NCBI GenBank assembly: GCA_964650625.1
Contig: CAZYUV010000001.1
Coordinates: forward strand, 1 to 48,593
Reading direction: 5' to 3'
Source of the DNA: an uncultured bacterium
GTDB lineage: Bacteria; Muiribacteriota; UBA6191
DNA length: 48,593 nucleotides
This document shows positions 1-8,598 of the stretch, piece after piece. Every line of letters starts with the position of its first letter. Position 1 is the stretch's first letter. Below the pieces are notes generated by a model. It saw only the letters and a list, made by a program, of their open reading frames with translations, ran no database searches and was not told the DNA's origin. A program made the position numbers and the translations under genes.

Positions 1-53
1 GACTTGAAATCGTGTGAGTGAAAGCTCCGTGGGTTCGAATCCCACCTCCACCG
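1..53 (+). tRNA. 3' portion of tRNA-Ser (anticodon UGA); 5' half lies upstream of the window
   Basis: Anticodon loop CTTGAAA at 3-9 (anticodon TGA at 5-7). Long variable arm (about 15-28, GAG/CTC stem) marks a class II tRNA. T-arm GTGGG-TTCGAAT-CCCAC at 29-45. Acceptor 3' strand CTCCACC at 46-52 plus discriminator G53. CCA is not encoded. Confidence 0.75.
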
Positions 54-93
54 CTCCTTAACAAATATCAAATGTGTATTTGAGAGAATAACT

Positions 94-303
94 ATGTCTA
101 AACTGACCAAAGTGACCTGTATTGAATACGGTGATTATTACATTAACCGAGATTTAGTAACATTCATCAGCTCGGGTGAAATTAGTGAGTTGGAAGGTGT
201 AAAATCTGAACAGATTTTTATCCACTTCAGTGGCGGAAAAGAATCCGCCATGCTATTCGTTGATAACAAGGAAAAAGTAATCGACGACTTAAATGCTCAT
301 TAA
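94..303 (+). CDS. small hypothetical protein (69 aa)
   Basis: Only ORF in the gap between the tRNA and the next gene, on the same strand as its neighbours. No motif recognised. Confidence 0.35.
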   Translation: MSKLTKVTCIEYGDYYINRDLVTFISSGEISELEGVKSEQIFIHFSGGKESAMLFVDNKEKVIDDLNAH

Positions 304-336
304 ATCTTTAAGTTCCTGAGATCACGGTGGATAATT

Positions 337-2655
337 ATGAAAACCTCAATTCTAATTTGCTTAGTTTTAACCTTAACTACCGTTTCACTTAAAGCAAGAC
401 AGCTACCCAATCTTACCAATGCCGAATTACAAAAATTACCACTTGATGGCGGTAAAAACTTTAATCGACTTATTTTTGAAAAGAGCCCTTATCTTCTTCA
501 GCATGCAAGAAACCCTGTAGACTGGCGTCCATGGTCTCAAGAAACCTTGAATCTAGCTCAGAAAAAGGAGAAACCAATCTTTCTTTCTGTAGGATATTCC
601 AGCTGTCATTGGTGCCATGTAATGGAACGTGAATCCTTCAATGATATTGAAACCGCAAAAATATTAAATGATAATTTTATTCCAGTAAAAATTGACCGGG
701 AAGAGCGACCTGACATTGATCGAATCTACATGACTGCTACACAGTTAATAATGCAAGGCCGAGGTGGATGGCCTAATAATGTTTGGCTCACACCCAATGG
801 ATTGCCATTTTATGCAGGCACTTATTTTTCGAAAGCAAAATTTCAAAACTTACTTTCACAGCTTACTCTTAAGTGGAGTAACAATAGAGAAGAGGTTATT
901 AGTAGCGCAAACTATATAAATACTTTGCTTCAACAAATGCTTAGTCTAGAACCTCGAGAGGCCATTAATGTCAGCGAGCAATACTTAAATAAAATGTTGC
1001 AGAGACTTGAAAGTCGCCTGAATAAATTAAATTCTTCTTCTACTAAAGGACCTAAATTTCCACCTCATCAAATTCTACACTTCATCACTAACCAAAGTTT
1101 AAAACGAACCAAGTTCAAAACAAAATTTGCAGCTTCGATTGATTCAGCATTACGACTTTTAAAAACTCTTGCTTTCAGCGGTTTATATGACCATCTTGCA
1201 GGCGGCTTTCATCGATATTCTACTGATGGAAGATGGTTTCTTCCACATTACGAAAAGATGCTTTATGATAACACTCAATTAGCGCAGTCTTACGCAGCAG
1301 CTTATGCTATTAGTAAAGATTCTTTCTATAAAAACGTCGCTTTAGAAATTTTTGATTTTCTAGAGCGTGATATGATCACCAAGGAAGGCTTGTATGCTTC
1401 TGCTATTGATGCTGAAAGTGAGAACCAGGAAGGTCTATTCTATTTTTGGACTACTAAACAATTACGCAAAGTTCTAAATGAAAATGAATATTTAAACTTT
1501 AGTAAACGTTATGGAATTAGAGAAAAAGGTAATTTTAAGCCCGAAAATGGAAGTAAAAACCCCGGATTCAACCTACTTTCAAAAGCCCTGGAAAAAAATT
1601 GGAATATTGATAAATTAGTTCGCCAAAAGTTATGGAAAGAACGATCCAAAAGAGTCTGGCCTCTAATTGATGATAAAGTATTATGTGACTGGAATGCATT
1701 AGCTATCGAAAGTCTAGCGAAAGCATCCAAATGGCTCAATAGCGACAAATTGCTTATTCGAGCCAAACGTATCGCGAACCAACTCATCAATTTATTGTGG
1801 TCTGAGAAAACTTTGTATCATCACGGGCGCAATGGACAACATGGAGAAGTTGCTGCCTATCTCAGTGACTATGCTTATCTAGCTAGAGCTCTAATAAGTT
1901 TGAGTAGGGTCACTGGCGAATCTAGTCATATTGAAAAAGCTCATAAACTACTCAAAATTGGTTGGAAAAAGTTTTATGATGAGAAGTCAAAGAACCTGTT
2001 CAACTCTTCTGATGAACACCAAGATTTAATTTTTCGAGTACTGGACCTTGATGACAATGTACTTCCTTCAGCACCAGCTGTGTTTTTGGAAGCAAATCTC
2101 GAATCTAAAAATCGTCAATTAAGATTAAAAGCTATGAAAATTATTCCCTACTACATGGGACAACTTATTGACAATCCCGCTGGATCGGTAACCTATTTAA
2201 ATTCGTTACTAACTCATATCGAAGACGCTAAAGAATTCTCCATCAAAAAACCCCAATCAGCTAATATAAAAAAATCATTAAAACTAGAAAAACATCCTCT
2301 AATAATTGAAGCTAGTTCTTCAAAAAAAACTGTTAATGTCACAATTAAAATAAAAGATGGATTCCATATTAACTCCGCAGAACCCTACCAAGAATATCTG
2401 ATACCAACCCGCTTAGATGTAGTAAATAAAAACCAGATTACTTACGGAAAAATTATTTATCCTGATGGAGAAGATTTAGAATTAGATTTTTCTGATGAAG
2501 AGCTTTCTGTGTATGAAGGTATTCTAAATTTAAAATTTAAATATGAACCAAAAGATTCATCCGTCTCAAAAATCCATCTAAATCTAAATACGCAAGCCTG
2601 CAGTGAGAGCGAATGTCTACCACCTCAAAAACATGAGATAATATTAGATATATAA
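337..2655 (+). CDS. exported DUF255/thioredoxin-like protein (YyaL/SSP411 type) with an extra C-terminal DsbD-alpha-like domain
   Basis: 772-aa ORF with signal peptide [23 protein letters not shown]255 block NPVDWRPW...[12 protein letters not shown], with CxxC at nt 604-615. Long helical middle as in the six-hairpin part of this family. The last ~120 aa form a beta-rich domain ending [11 protein letters not shown] (Cys codons at 2599 and 2614). GGTGGA Shine-Dalgarno-like sequence upstream. Confidence 0.85.
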   Translation: MKTSILICLVLTLTTVSLKARQLPNLTNAELQKLPLDGGKNFNRLIFEKSPYLLQHARNPVDWRPWSQETLNLAQKKEKPIFLSVGYSSCHWCHVMERESFNDIETAKILNDNFIPVKIDREERPDIDRIYMTATQLIMQGRGGWPNNVWLTPNGLPFYAGTYFSKAKFQNLLSQLTLKWSNNREEVISSANYINTLLQQMLSLEPREAINVSEQYLNKMLQRLESRLNKLNSSSTKGPKFPPHQILHFITNQSLKRTKFKTKFAASIDSALRLLKTLAFSGLYDHLAGGFHRYSTDGRWFLPHYEKMLYDNTQLAQSYAAAYAISKDSFYKNVALEIFDFLERDMITKEGLYASAIDAESENQEGLFYFWTTKQLRKVLNENEYLNFSKRYGIREKGNFKPENGSKNPGFNLLSKALEKNWNIDKLVRQKLWKERSKRVWPLIDDKVLCDWNALAIESLAKASKWLNSDKLLIRAKRIANQLINLLWSEKTLYHHGRNGQHGEVAAYLSDYAYLARALISLSRVTGESSHIEKAHKLLKIGWKKFYDEKSKNLFNSSDEHQDLIFRVLDLDDNVLPSAPAVFLEANLESKNRQLRLKAMKIIPYYMGQLIDNPAGSVTYLNSLLTHIEDAKEFSIKKPQSANIKKSLKLEKHPLIIEASSSKKTVNVTIKIKDGFHINSAEPYQEYLIPTRLDVVNKNQITYGKIIYPDGEDLELDFSDEELSVYEGILNLKFKYEPKDSSVSKIHLNLNTQACSESECLPPQKHEIILDI

Positions 2656-2665
2656 GAAATCAATA

Positions 2666-3181
2666 TTGTCTCTAGATACTATGAACGCCGAAGATTTAAT
2701 AAAACATTTTGGATTAGTGCCATTACCTAAAGAAGGCGGATTCTATCTTGAAACTTATCGTAGCCCCGCACAAATTCCAGGGACTATTTTGCCATATCAA
2801 GACTCAAAATCATTCTCAACTGCAATATATTATTGTTTAACTAAAAATACCTTCTCTCACCTGCATCGTCTTCCAACAGATGAAATTTATCATTTTTATT
2901 ATGGTGATCCGGTGGAGTTATTCTTTTTAATTGAAACTCCGACACCTCGCTTTGAGGTACATTTATTAGGAAGCGATTTTATGTCCGGTCACTTACCCCA
3001 AATTAAAGTTCCGGCCAATAGCTGGCAAGGGTCGAGACTAGTTGATGATGGTGAAGTAGCTTTAATGGGCACTACAATGTCACCTGGATTCGATTTTAAA
3101 GACCTTGAACTTGCAGATTATGAAAACCTTAAACGATTGCTGCCAAGAGCAGATTACTGGTTAAAGCTACTTTGTACCTAA
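2666..3181 (+). CDS. cupin superfamily protein, DUF985 (cupin_5) type
   Basis: LIKHFGLVPLPKEGGFYLETYRS matches the conserved N-terminal signature of DUF985 cupins. The track start is TTG; the in-frame ATG at 2681 is more likely. Confidence 0.8.
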   Translation: MSLDTMNAEDLIKHFGLVPLPKEGGFYLETYRSPAQIPGTILPYQDSKSFSTAIYYCLTKNTFSHLHRLPTDEIYHFYYGDPVELFFLIETPTPRFEVHLLGSDFMSGHLPQIKVPANSWQGSRLVDDGEVALMGTTMSPGFDFKDLELADYENLKRLLPRADYWLKLLCT

Positions 3182-3182
3182 A

Positions 3183-4217
3183 CTACCAGTAGTCATTACT
3201 TACCAAAACCCCATTAACCATACTTATGTCTAAACTGTATACCTGAGATATATTTAAATTATTAAGAAACCCAGCAACTAATATGAGGTTACTCACATCC
3301 GTTGCTGCATATTCTCCACCAATATCTTCATCACTAAGATCGTAAGAGTTTTCCAAAGCTTCATTCACAGACCCCAAATCATACACTGGCATATTTACCT
3401 GATTACTAACTGAGTAAGAATGGACTCCTCCTATTCCATATACCCTCGTTCGTGAATCTGCAAGTTTTTGACGGAGTACAGGTGGTACTCGATTGCTAAA
3501 TTCCTCAACGATTAATATTCCTAATTCTCCTTGTTCACGGATGATGGGATTAGGTGATGATATTGTCATTGAATTTTTCATTTGAACCTTATTAATGAAC
3601 ATATTCTTAAAAGAAATACTAGCCAATATAGCCTCAAAGGTAAAAGGTTCAGGGTCCTCGTCGATCATGCTTGAAAACTGCATACTACCGGCTCCAATTT
3701 CCCATACCGCGATATCCTTACGAGGAGTTTGAACAGTTGATCTTACTGCTTCAAAACTTAATTTACCTTTTTGCTTTGGACTAAGAACAAGAAAAGAAAG
3801 ATCAAACCATTTTTGCAGTTTATTGGAAAATTCATTGGCATTTATGGCTCTACGAAACACGGATGTACCCACAGCCAAACTACGCTCCACCTTGTAAGGT
3901 TTCGCAAGATTGAACATTTCTGAAATAATTTGTAATCCTCTCCACATAATCTTCCGGCTCAATTCCTTTTTACCCGATTTAAGAAGATCATCTTGAAAGT
4001 CTATTCTTCGTGAAACTCTCACAAACACATCAGAAATTTTACTGTTACAAAAATCCACCTCAGCTACTGCCATTTTTATAGCGGTAGAACCTAGGTCTAA
4101 AGCCATTCGAACTTCATGACAGTTTTTTGAATGTACTTGCTGCATCAAGCCGAGTATTAAAAAACAGAATAACTTCATTAGATCATTTAGTTTATTTGAA
4201 GAAACAGAGCTTTTCAA
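3183..4217 (-). CDS. Ppx/GppA-family (ASKHA fold) phosphatase-like protein with N-terminal signal peptide or anchor
   Basis: ALDLGSTAIKMAV, AVGTSVFRRAINANEF and WEIGAGSMQFS occur in the order of the Ppx/GppA phosphate-binding motifs. The hydrophobic stretch MKLFCFLILGLMQQVHS precedes the domain. The start may be the ATG at 4178. Confidence 0.6.
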   Translation of the reverse strand: MKSSVSSNKLNDLMKLFCFLILGLMQQVHSKNCHEVRMALDLGSTAIKMAVAEVDFCNSKISDVFVRVSRRIDFQDDLLKSGKKELSRKIMWRGLQIISEMFNLAKPYKVERSLAVGTSVFRRAINANEFSNKLQKWFDLSFLVLSPKQKGKLSFEAVRSTVQTPRKDIAVWEIGAGSMQFSSMIDEDPEPFTFEAILASISFKNMFINKVQMKNSMTISSPNPIIREQGELGILIVEEFSNRVPPVLRQKLADSRTRVYGIGGVHSYSVSNQVNMPVYDLGSVNEALENSYDLSDEDIGGEYAATDVSNLILVAGFLNNLNISQVYSLDISMVNGVLVSNDYW

Positions 4218-4331
4218 CTCATGTTAATTATTCGTTTGACACCTAATTTTAAAATCGTCTTTAAGGAACATCTTTTATTATTTCATGCTGTCAAACTTGC
4301 AAATAGTTTCATTTAAAGTAACCATTTAATT

Positions 4332-4907
4332 ATGTCTAAACCTGTTTATCACAATGCATACTGTGGAATTCAAATTGGACTAGTTCATGCAAGTTTCCCA
4401 TTTACTCGCTTAAGAGTTCATCAAAATAATTTAACTATAGAGTCGCTCATAGGGAATTATTCCTTCTCGGCAGAAAAATTAATCGAAATTGAGTGTAAAT
4501 CGCACTGGATGGGAGCTGAATATATATTGAAGCATTCTCGACCAGATTATCCTCAAGATATACAGCTCGTTTTCTTAAGAAATCAAGGACAAGAGTTCTT
4601 TAAGACAATTGAGCAAAATGGTTTTTTTCCGAAAGGGAAAATTGATGATTTGCCGCTGCCTCGATCACCAATAGCATTTAATATTCCCAGAGTTTTTAGC
4701 TTACTGGTGCTTGTAGTCCAACTGCGTTTACTTCTAAATATGATATTGTTTTGTCTTACGGGAATCTTAATCTGCTACTTGTTTGAAAAAAATAAAACCT
4801 TCCAAAAGTTTTTATTAATGCCTAGCCGTTATTATTCTGAAGTCCAGCATTGGAATCGCTCAGCGACTATTTTCTTTCTAACTTTTTTAGTTTCTGGCTT
4901 GCTCTAA
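4332..4907 (+). CDS. hypothetical membrane protein
   Basis: 191-aa ORF with a soluble N-terminal ~125 aa followed by hydrophobic helices. Its 3' end overlaps the convergent thioesterase gene by 21 nt. Confidence 0.45.
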   Translation: MSKPVYHNAYCGIQIGLVHASFPFTRLRVHQNNLTIESLIGNYSFSAEKLIEIECKSHWMGAEYILKHSRPDYPQDIQLVFLRNQGQEFFKTIEQNGFFPKGKIDDLPLPRSPIAFNIPRVFSLLVLVVQLRLLLNMILFCLTGILICYLFEKNKTFQKFLLMPSRYYSEVQHWNRSATIFFLTFLVSGLL

Positions 4908-5363
4908 ATTGATTAACTCAGGTTTACATTCATCCTGAAAATTTAATATCGACTTGATTAAGTCTGCAGGTACTTTGGCTTTTTCATCCTTGTTGTAGTC
5001 GTAACAAACAATCAATCCGTTTCCATTTGCCGCTAATTTTTGATTTTTAAGAGAAAAAATTGCATGACTTATTTCATAACGGTCGTATTCAATTCTTGAA
5101 ACACAGGCACCTAATAACAATTCATCTGGATAAACTAAAGGTATCCTGTAACGGCAATCTGTAGAGTGTAAGATAGGGCCTAGATTTTGAGATTGCATAA
5201 TATCGAGTACGCCTAATTTCTCAAAGTAAGCAATACGAACACTTTCGAATAGTCTAAAATAAGCCACATTGTTTAAATGCTGAAAGGCATCCATCTCGCC
5301 CCATACTAAACTCTGCTTGAGAGTAAATGGATATTGCTTATTAAACTCAGAAATTTGCATCAA
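4887..5363 (-). CDS. acyl-CoA thioesterase, 4HBT/YbgC-FadM hot-dog family
   Basis: WGEMDAFQHLNNVAYFRLFESVRIAYF matches the catalytic-Asp / H-x-N-N-x-x-Y region of YbgC-type thioesterases. Size of 158 aa is typical. Confidence 0.75.
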   Translation of the reverse strand: MMQISEFNKQYPFTLKQSLVWGEMDAFQHLNNVAYFRLFESVRIAYFEKLGVLDIMQSQNLGPILHSTDCRYRIPLVYPDELLLGACVSRIEYDRYEISHAIFSLKNQKLAANGNGLIVCYDYNKDEKAKVPADLIKSILNFQDECKPELINLEQARN

Positions 5364-5366
5364 CTT

Positions 5367-5654
5367 TTACCAAAGAACATTTCGCTCATCATCACTCTCC
5401 AAAAAGTCTTTCAGATCAAGAGTGGTAGTCTCCCAGGTACGACTCCTGGAGGGCATTTCACATTCTCCACAATTATTGCTACCTGGACCGATATGCTCAA
5501 GCGCTATCATTTTAACTGGATGCAGTGCTACGCAAAGCATATCAGGAAATTCAGGATCTTCACTTACAACCGACACCTTGCGAATTAGAGCGTATTCTTT
5601 ACCGTCAAACTGCGCTATTTCACCATATAGTTTTAAGGTTACTTCGTATTCCAT
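5367..5654 (-). CDS. hypothetical 95-aa protein, last small gene of the AAA/VWA cluster
   Basis: Fits the minus-strand operon with a 10-nt gap after the VWA gene and a 3-nt gap before the thioesterase. The competing plus-strand ORFs (5317-5682, 5334-5588) are Ser/Leu-rich shadows. No domain recognised. Confidence 0.45.
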   Translation of the reverse strand: MEYEVTLKLYGEIAQFDGKEYALIRKVSVVSEDPEFPDMLCVALHPVKMIALEHIGPGSNNCGECEMPSRSRTWETTTLDLKDFLESDDERNVLW

Positions 5655-5664
5655 AACAATTAGT

Positions 5665-6873
5665 TTAGCACTTTACCAGTAGCTTTCGTATGCCATTTTC
5701 TAAACCCTCTAATGTCATCGGGAACATTGGTATTTCGGAACTTATTTTAATTTGAGTTTGAGATTCCCATAGAGTGTCCGGATTTAGCCAAATTATTTTT
5801 GAAAATCTTGCTTTAAGCTGCATTAATCTTTGCCAACCCGTCATACCTTCTAAACTTGAATCGGATCCATAAAATAGATGTCTATAAAAAAATTCCTTAT
5901 CAGCACTTAAGTGAAATAATTCATAAGGTGCCATAGCAGCATCTCCAACAATAATTACACAAGTATCATTATTTAACTGAGTCATCAAATCGTCTAATTC
6001 GACCCCTTCTGTATATTTCATAGTGATATCTGGATAAACTTTGTCATAAAAAATATTATGAAAGTAGTAGTGTTGAAATTCACGAAAATGATTGATTTGA
6101 TGGGCGGCGCTAAATAGTGCAGAAACCATTTCCGCAAAAGGGGTCATACTCCCACCTACGTCGGTAAGTAACAGTAGTTTTAACTGATTTTTTCGGGAGG
6201 CTTTGTAAACTACCTCTACTTCTCCGCCCTGATCGCACGATTTACGGATGCTAGATGGAATATCCAGTTGTGGTCGTCCGGTTCTATGAAGATATCTCAA
6301 TGATTTAAGAACCATCTTCCACTGCCTTATTTCGATAGTGCAATCTTTGCGATACTCCGCAAATTTTCTCTCGCCCGCCACTGCTAATGCCGAGCCATGT
6401 TTAGATTCACCACCTACTCTTATACCCGCAGGATTATAACCACTGTGACCGAAAGCGGAAGTACCGCCAGTCCCTATCCAATAATTTCCACCATCATGCC
6501 GTCCTGTCTGTTCCTCGATTCGTTTTATGAATTCTTTTAGCAAGTTTTCGGATAAAATATTTTGAGCAGCTTCTCTAGCCTCTAGGTTTAACTCCTTTTC
6601 CAATGCGTCATGAAGCCAGTTTTCCAACTGGTTCCTAAATTTCGTATCTAAATTTATAGCTCCGGAAAAACAACGAGAAAATGCAAGGTCAAACCCGTCA
6701 TAATGACTTACATCTTTTACCAAGCTAGCTCTTGCAAGATTATAAAAACGATTAGAATCAAAACTATCATTTGTCTTTAAACTGTAGTCAATTACTTTTA
6801 GAAAGTCTAAATATTCACGTGGTCCAGTAGGAACCCTCTCAGCACGTAAGGTATAAAAAAAGTTGAGAAACAT
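5665..6873 (-). CDS. VWA domain protein, CoxE-like
   Basis: N-terminus MFLNFFYTLRAERVPTGPREYLDFLKV is typical of CoxE-type VWA proteins. The C-terminal VWA has the MIDAS-like sequence LLLLTDVGGSM (DxGxS instead of DxSxS). 11-nt gap to the upstream AAA gene. Confidence 0.7.
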   Translation of the reverse strand: MFLNFFYTLRAERVPTGPREYLDFLKVIDYSLKTNDSFDSNRFYNLARASLVKDVSHYDGFDLAFSRCFSGAINLDTKFRNQLENWLHDALEKELNLEAREAAQNILSENLLKEFIKRIEEQTGRHDGGNYWIGTGGTSAFGHSGYNPAGIRVGGESKHGSALAVAGERKFAEYRKDCTIEIRQWKMVLKSLRYLHRTGRPQLDIPSSIRKSCDQGGEVEVVYKASRKNQLKLLLLTDVGGSMTPFAEMVSALFSAAHQINHFREFQHYYFHNIFYDKVYPDITMKYTEGVELDDLMTQLNNDTCVIIVGDAAMAPYELFHLSADKEFFYRHLFYGSDSSLEGMTGWQRLMQLKARFSKIIWLNPDTLWESQTQIKISSEIPMFPMTLEGLENGIRKLLVKC

Positions 6874-6884
6874 GCTTAATCTGT

Positions 6885-7685
6885 CTAAGAACTTCTTATG
6901 AAATCTTCTTCCGTTTTCATCAATGTACCTAAGAAAGGGATTTTATTACTTATATCCAGATTAACATCTTGATTGATTAAGATACTCAACCAGTCAATTA
7001 ATTCACTGGTGGAAGGCTTTTTACGTATATTTTGCTGATTTCTTAACTGATAAAATATCCTTAGTGAGTTGCGCAAAATATTACTTTCAATTTTAGGAAA
7101 ATGAGATTTTATAATCTTAGTCATAAGTTCCCGATCCGGAAATTGAATGTAATGAAATACACAACGCCTCAAAAAAGCATCTGGCAATTCTTTTTCGTTA
7201 TTGGACGTTATTACTACAAAAGGCCTAATTTTGGCCTGAATTTTTTCACCCGTTTCCAGTATTTCAAATTCCATACGGTCCAATTCTCGCAATAAATCGT
7301 TGGGAAACTCAATGTCAGCCTTGTCTATCTCATCGATCAATAGCACACAAGGGCTATTAAGTGAAAAGGCTTTTCCCATACCCTCTAATTTGATGTAGTT
7401 AGAAATATTTTTGACTTTGTTTAAATTTTGTTCATCCAGATCCAAAAAACGCGAATCGTGAAGCCTAGAAAGAGCGTCATAAGTATACAATCCATCTTTT
7501 GCCAAAGAAGTGGATTTCACATGCCACTCAAATATTGGTAAACCTTTTATTTTGGCAACGTGCTGTGCAAGCAGTGTTTTTCCGGTACCAGGTTCACCTT
7601 TGAGTAGCAGAGGTCTACCAGTAACTTCAGCTACCAAAATAGCTTCTTTTAATTGGTCACACATTACATATTCGAATTCTTGCAT
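6885..7685 (-). CDS. AAA+ ATPase, MoxR-class AAA_5 (CoxD/CbbQ-like)
   Basis: Walker A GEPGTGKT, Walker B VLLIDEIDKA, and VVITSNNEKELPDAFLRRC (sensor and arginine region). 266 aa. Confidence 0.85.
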   Translation of the reverse strand: MQEFEYVMCDQLKEAILVAEVTGRPLLLKGEPGTGKTLLAQHVAKIKGLPIFEWHVKSTSLAKDGLYTYDALSRLHDSRFLDLDEQNLNKVKNISNYIKLEGMGKAFSLNSPCVLLIDEIDKADIEFPNDLLRELDRMEFEILETGEKIQAKIRPFVVITSNNEKELPDAFLRRCVFHYIQFPDRELMTKIIKSHFPKIESNILRNSLRIFYQLRNQQNIRKKPSTSELIDWLSILINQDVNLDISNKIPFLGTLMKTEEDFIRSS

Positions 7686-7705
7686 AATTACTCGCCCACA
7701 TTTAA

Positions 7706-8587
7706 TTAATTTAATATTTTTCTGGCTAATTGCTTAATTCTAGCTAGCCTTTCTGGACCCTTCTTGCCAATCATAGACTCTGCCTCAAAATATTTTAGAG
7801 TTTTTGAGAAATAAATACTTGAGCTACTATGCCCTAAAGCTAACAAATTTTCCGCTATTTCCTCGAATACAATAGCGTCATTTGTTCCAGACTTCTTGTG
7901 CCATTCCTCTTGCGCGCGAAGTTCCAGTAGAGCTTCTTTATGCAATCCTAAAGCTCTTTGAGCAATGCAAATAGAAAGTCGAATATACCTAACCTTCTCA
8001 GCATCGAAAGCCTTCGAAAAAATATCGCAAGCATGCATAAATTGCTCGATTGCTTTTTGATATTCCTGAACCTGTAAATAAGATTCACCAATTTCAATTG
8101 CTAAGTTTCCAATACTAGATTTTAATTCTCCATTATCTGACTTTGTAGCTAAATCTATTCCTTTCAAGCCAAATTCTATTCGTTCATTAATAGAAACCAC
8201 ACTAACAAGCATATTAATTGCATCCATACTTAAATCTTCAGCTTCAATATTAAGAGCTAATTTTAAGGCAAACTTAAAGTAGCGAATTGAATCTTCAGGT
8301 TTGTCATTGAGCATCAAAAGACGTCCCATCTCAAGGTTGTATCTTATTCCTACCAAATCCTTGGATACGCAAGTAGGCGCAAACTCGAGACCAGCTTGAA
8401 TTGAATCCAATATTTTAAATGCCTGAATAAACTTTCCTTGTAGTCCTAAAGCTCTTGCTACCTGTGTTTGCAGCTCCCAAACTTCAAAAGCGGAGTCAGA
8501 GTGTTTTTCCATTTTTTCTCGAAAGTTTTTTTCGCAATTCTGTGGATTAGAAAAATCCCACATATCACTAATTTTTAAACGCATCAA
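7706..8587 (-). CDS. TPR-like helical repeat protein
   Basis: 293-aa all-helical protein with repeated A-x-x-x-Y/F...A-L 34-residue-like units (for example YQKAIEQFMHACDIF and HKEALLELRAQ). Confidence 0.5.
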   Translation of the reverse strand: MMRLKISDMWDFSNPQNCEKNFREKMEKHSDSAFEVWELQTQVARALGLQGKFIQAFKILDSIQAGLEFAPTCVSKDLVGIRYNLEMGRLLMLNDKPEDSIRYFKFALKLALNIEAEDLSMDAINMLVSVVSINERIEFGLKGIDLATKSDNGELKSSIGNLAIEIGESYLQVQEYQKAIEQFMHACDIFSKAFDAEKVRYIRLSICIAQRALGLHKEALLELRAQEEWHKKSGTNDAIVFEEIAENLLALGHSSSSIYFSKTLKYFEAESMIGKKGPERLARIKQLARKILN

Positions 8588-8598
8588 ATGTTCCTAAA

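Noticed and set aside
1-336. tRNA-Ser 3' end followed by a small orphan ORF. This could mark the attachment site of an integrated element.
   Set aside because: There is no integrase, excisionase or phage/plasmid gene downstream. I saw no second copy of the tRNA 3' segment (GGTTCGAATCCCACCTCCACC) elsewhere in the window. The neighbouring genes look like ordinary chromosomal genes of the same composition.
1509-1790. 93-aa antisense ORF inside the DUF255 gene. Similar shadow ORFs lie at 7101-7295, 7510-7737, 8621-8848, 9851-10045, 10531-10825, 14742-15008, 15329-15577, 18482-18667, 19173-19385, 25541-26264, 28763-29610, 30334-30913, 31630-31863, 32972-33190, 34215-34454, 35382-35579, 36782-37024, 37527-37724, 38370-38627, 39534-40187, 41315-41506, 45614-46228 and 47784-47969.
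   Set aside because: All are fully embedded in, or antisense to, much longer ORFs with clear family motifs. Their translations are low-complexity (rich in S/L/F/I/K), as expected for off-frame reading of AT-rich coding DNA.
4234-4296. 8-bp inverted repeat GTTTGACA ... TGTCAAAC, separated by 47 nt, in the divergent region between the Ppx-like gene and the 4332 gene. Each arm contains TTGACA.
   Set aside because: I found no acceptable -10 element at the correct spacing from either TTGACA. An 8-mer match at unconstrained spacing in an AT-rich 114-nt region is close to chance expectation.
5317-5682. 121-aa and 84-aa plus-strand ORFs opposite the 95-aa minus-strand ORF.
   Set aside because: The minus-strand ORF fits the operon spacing exactly (10-nt and 3-nt gaps). 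The plus-strand translations are Ser/Leu-rich with no start context, and they run against five co-directional neighbours.
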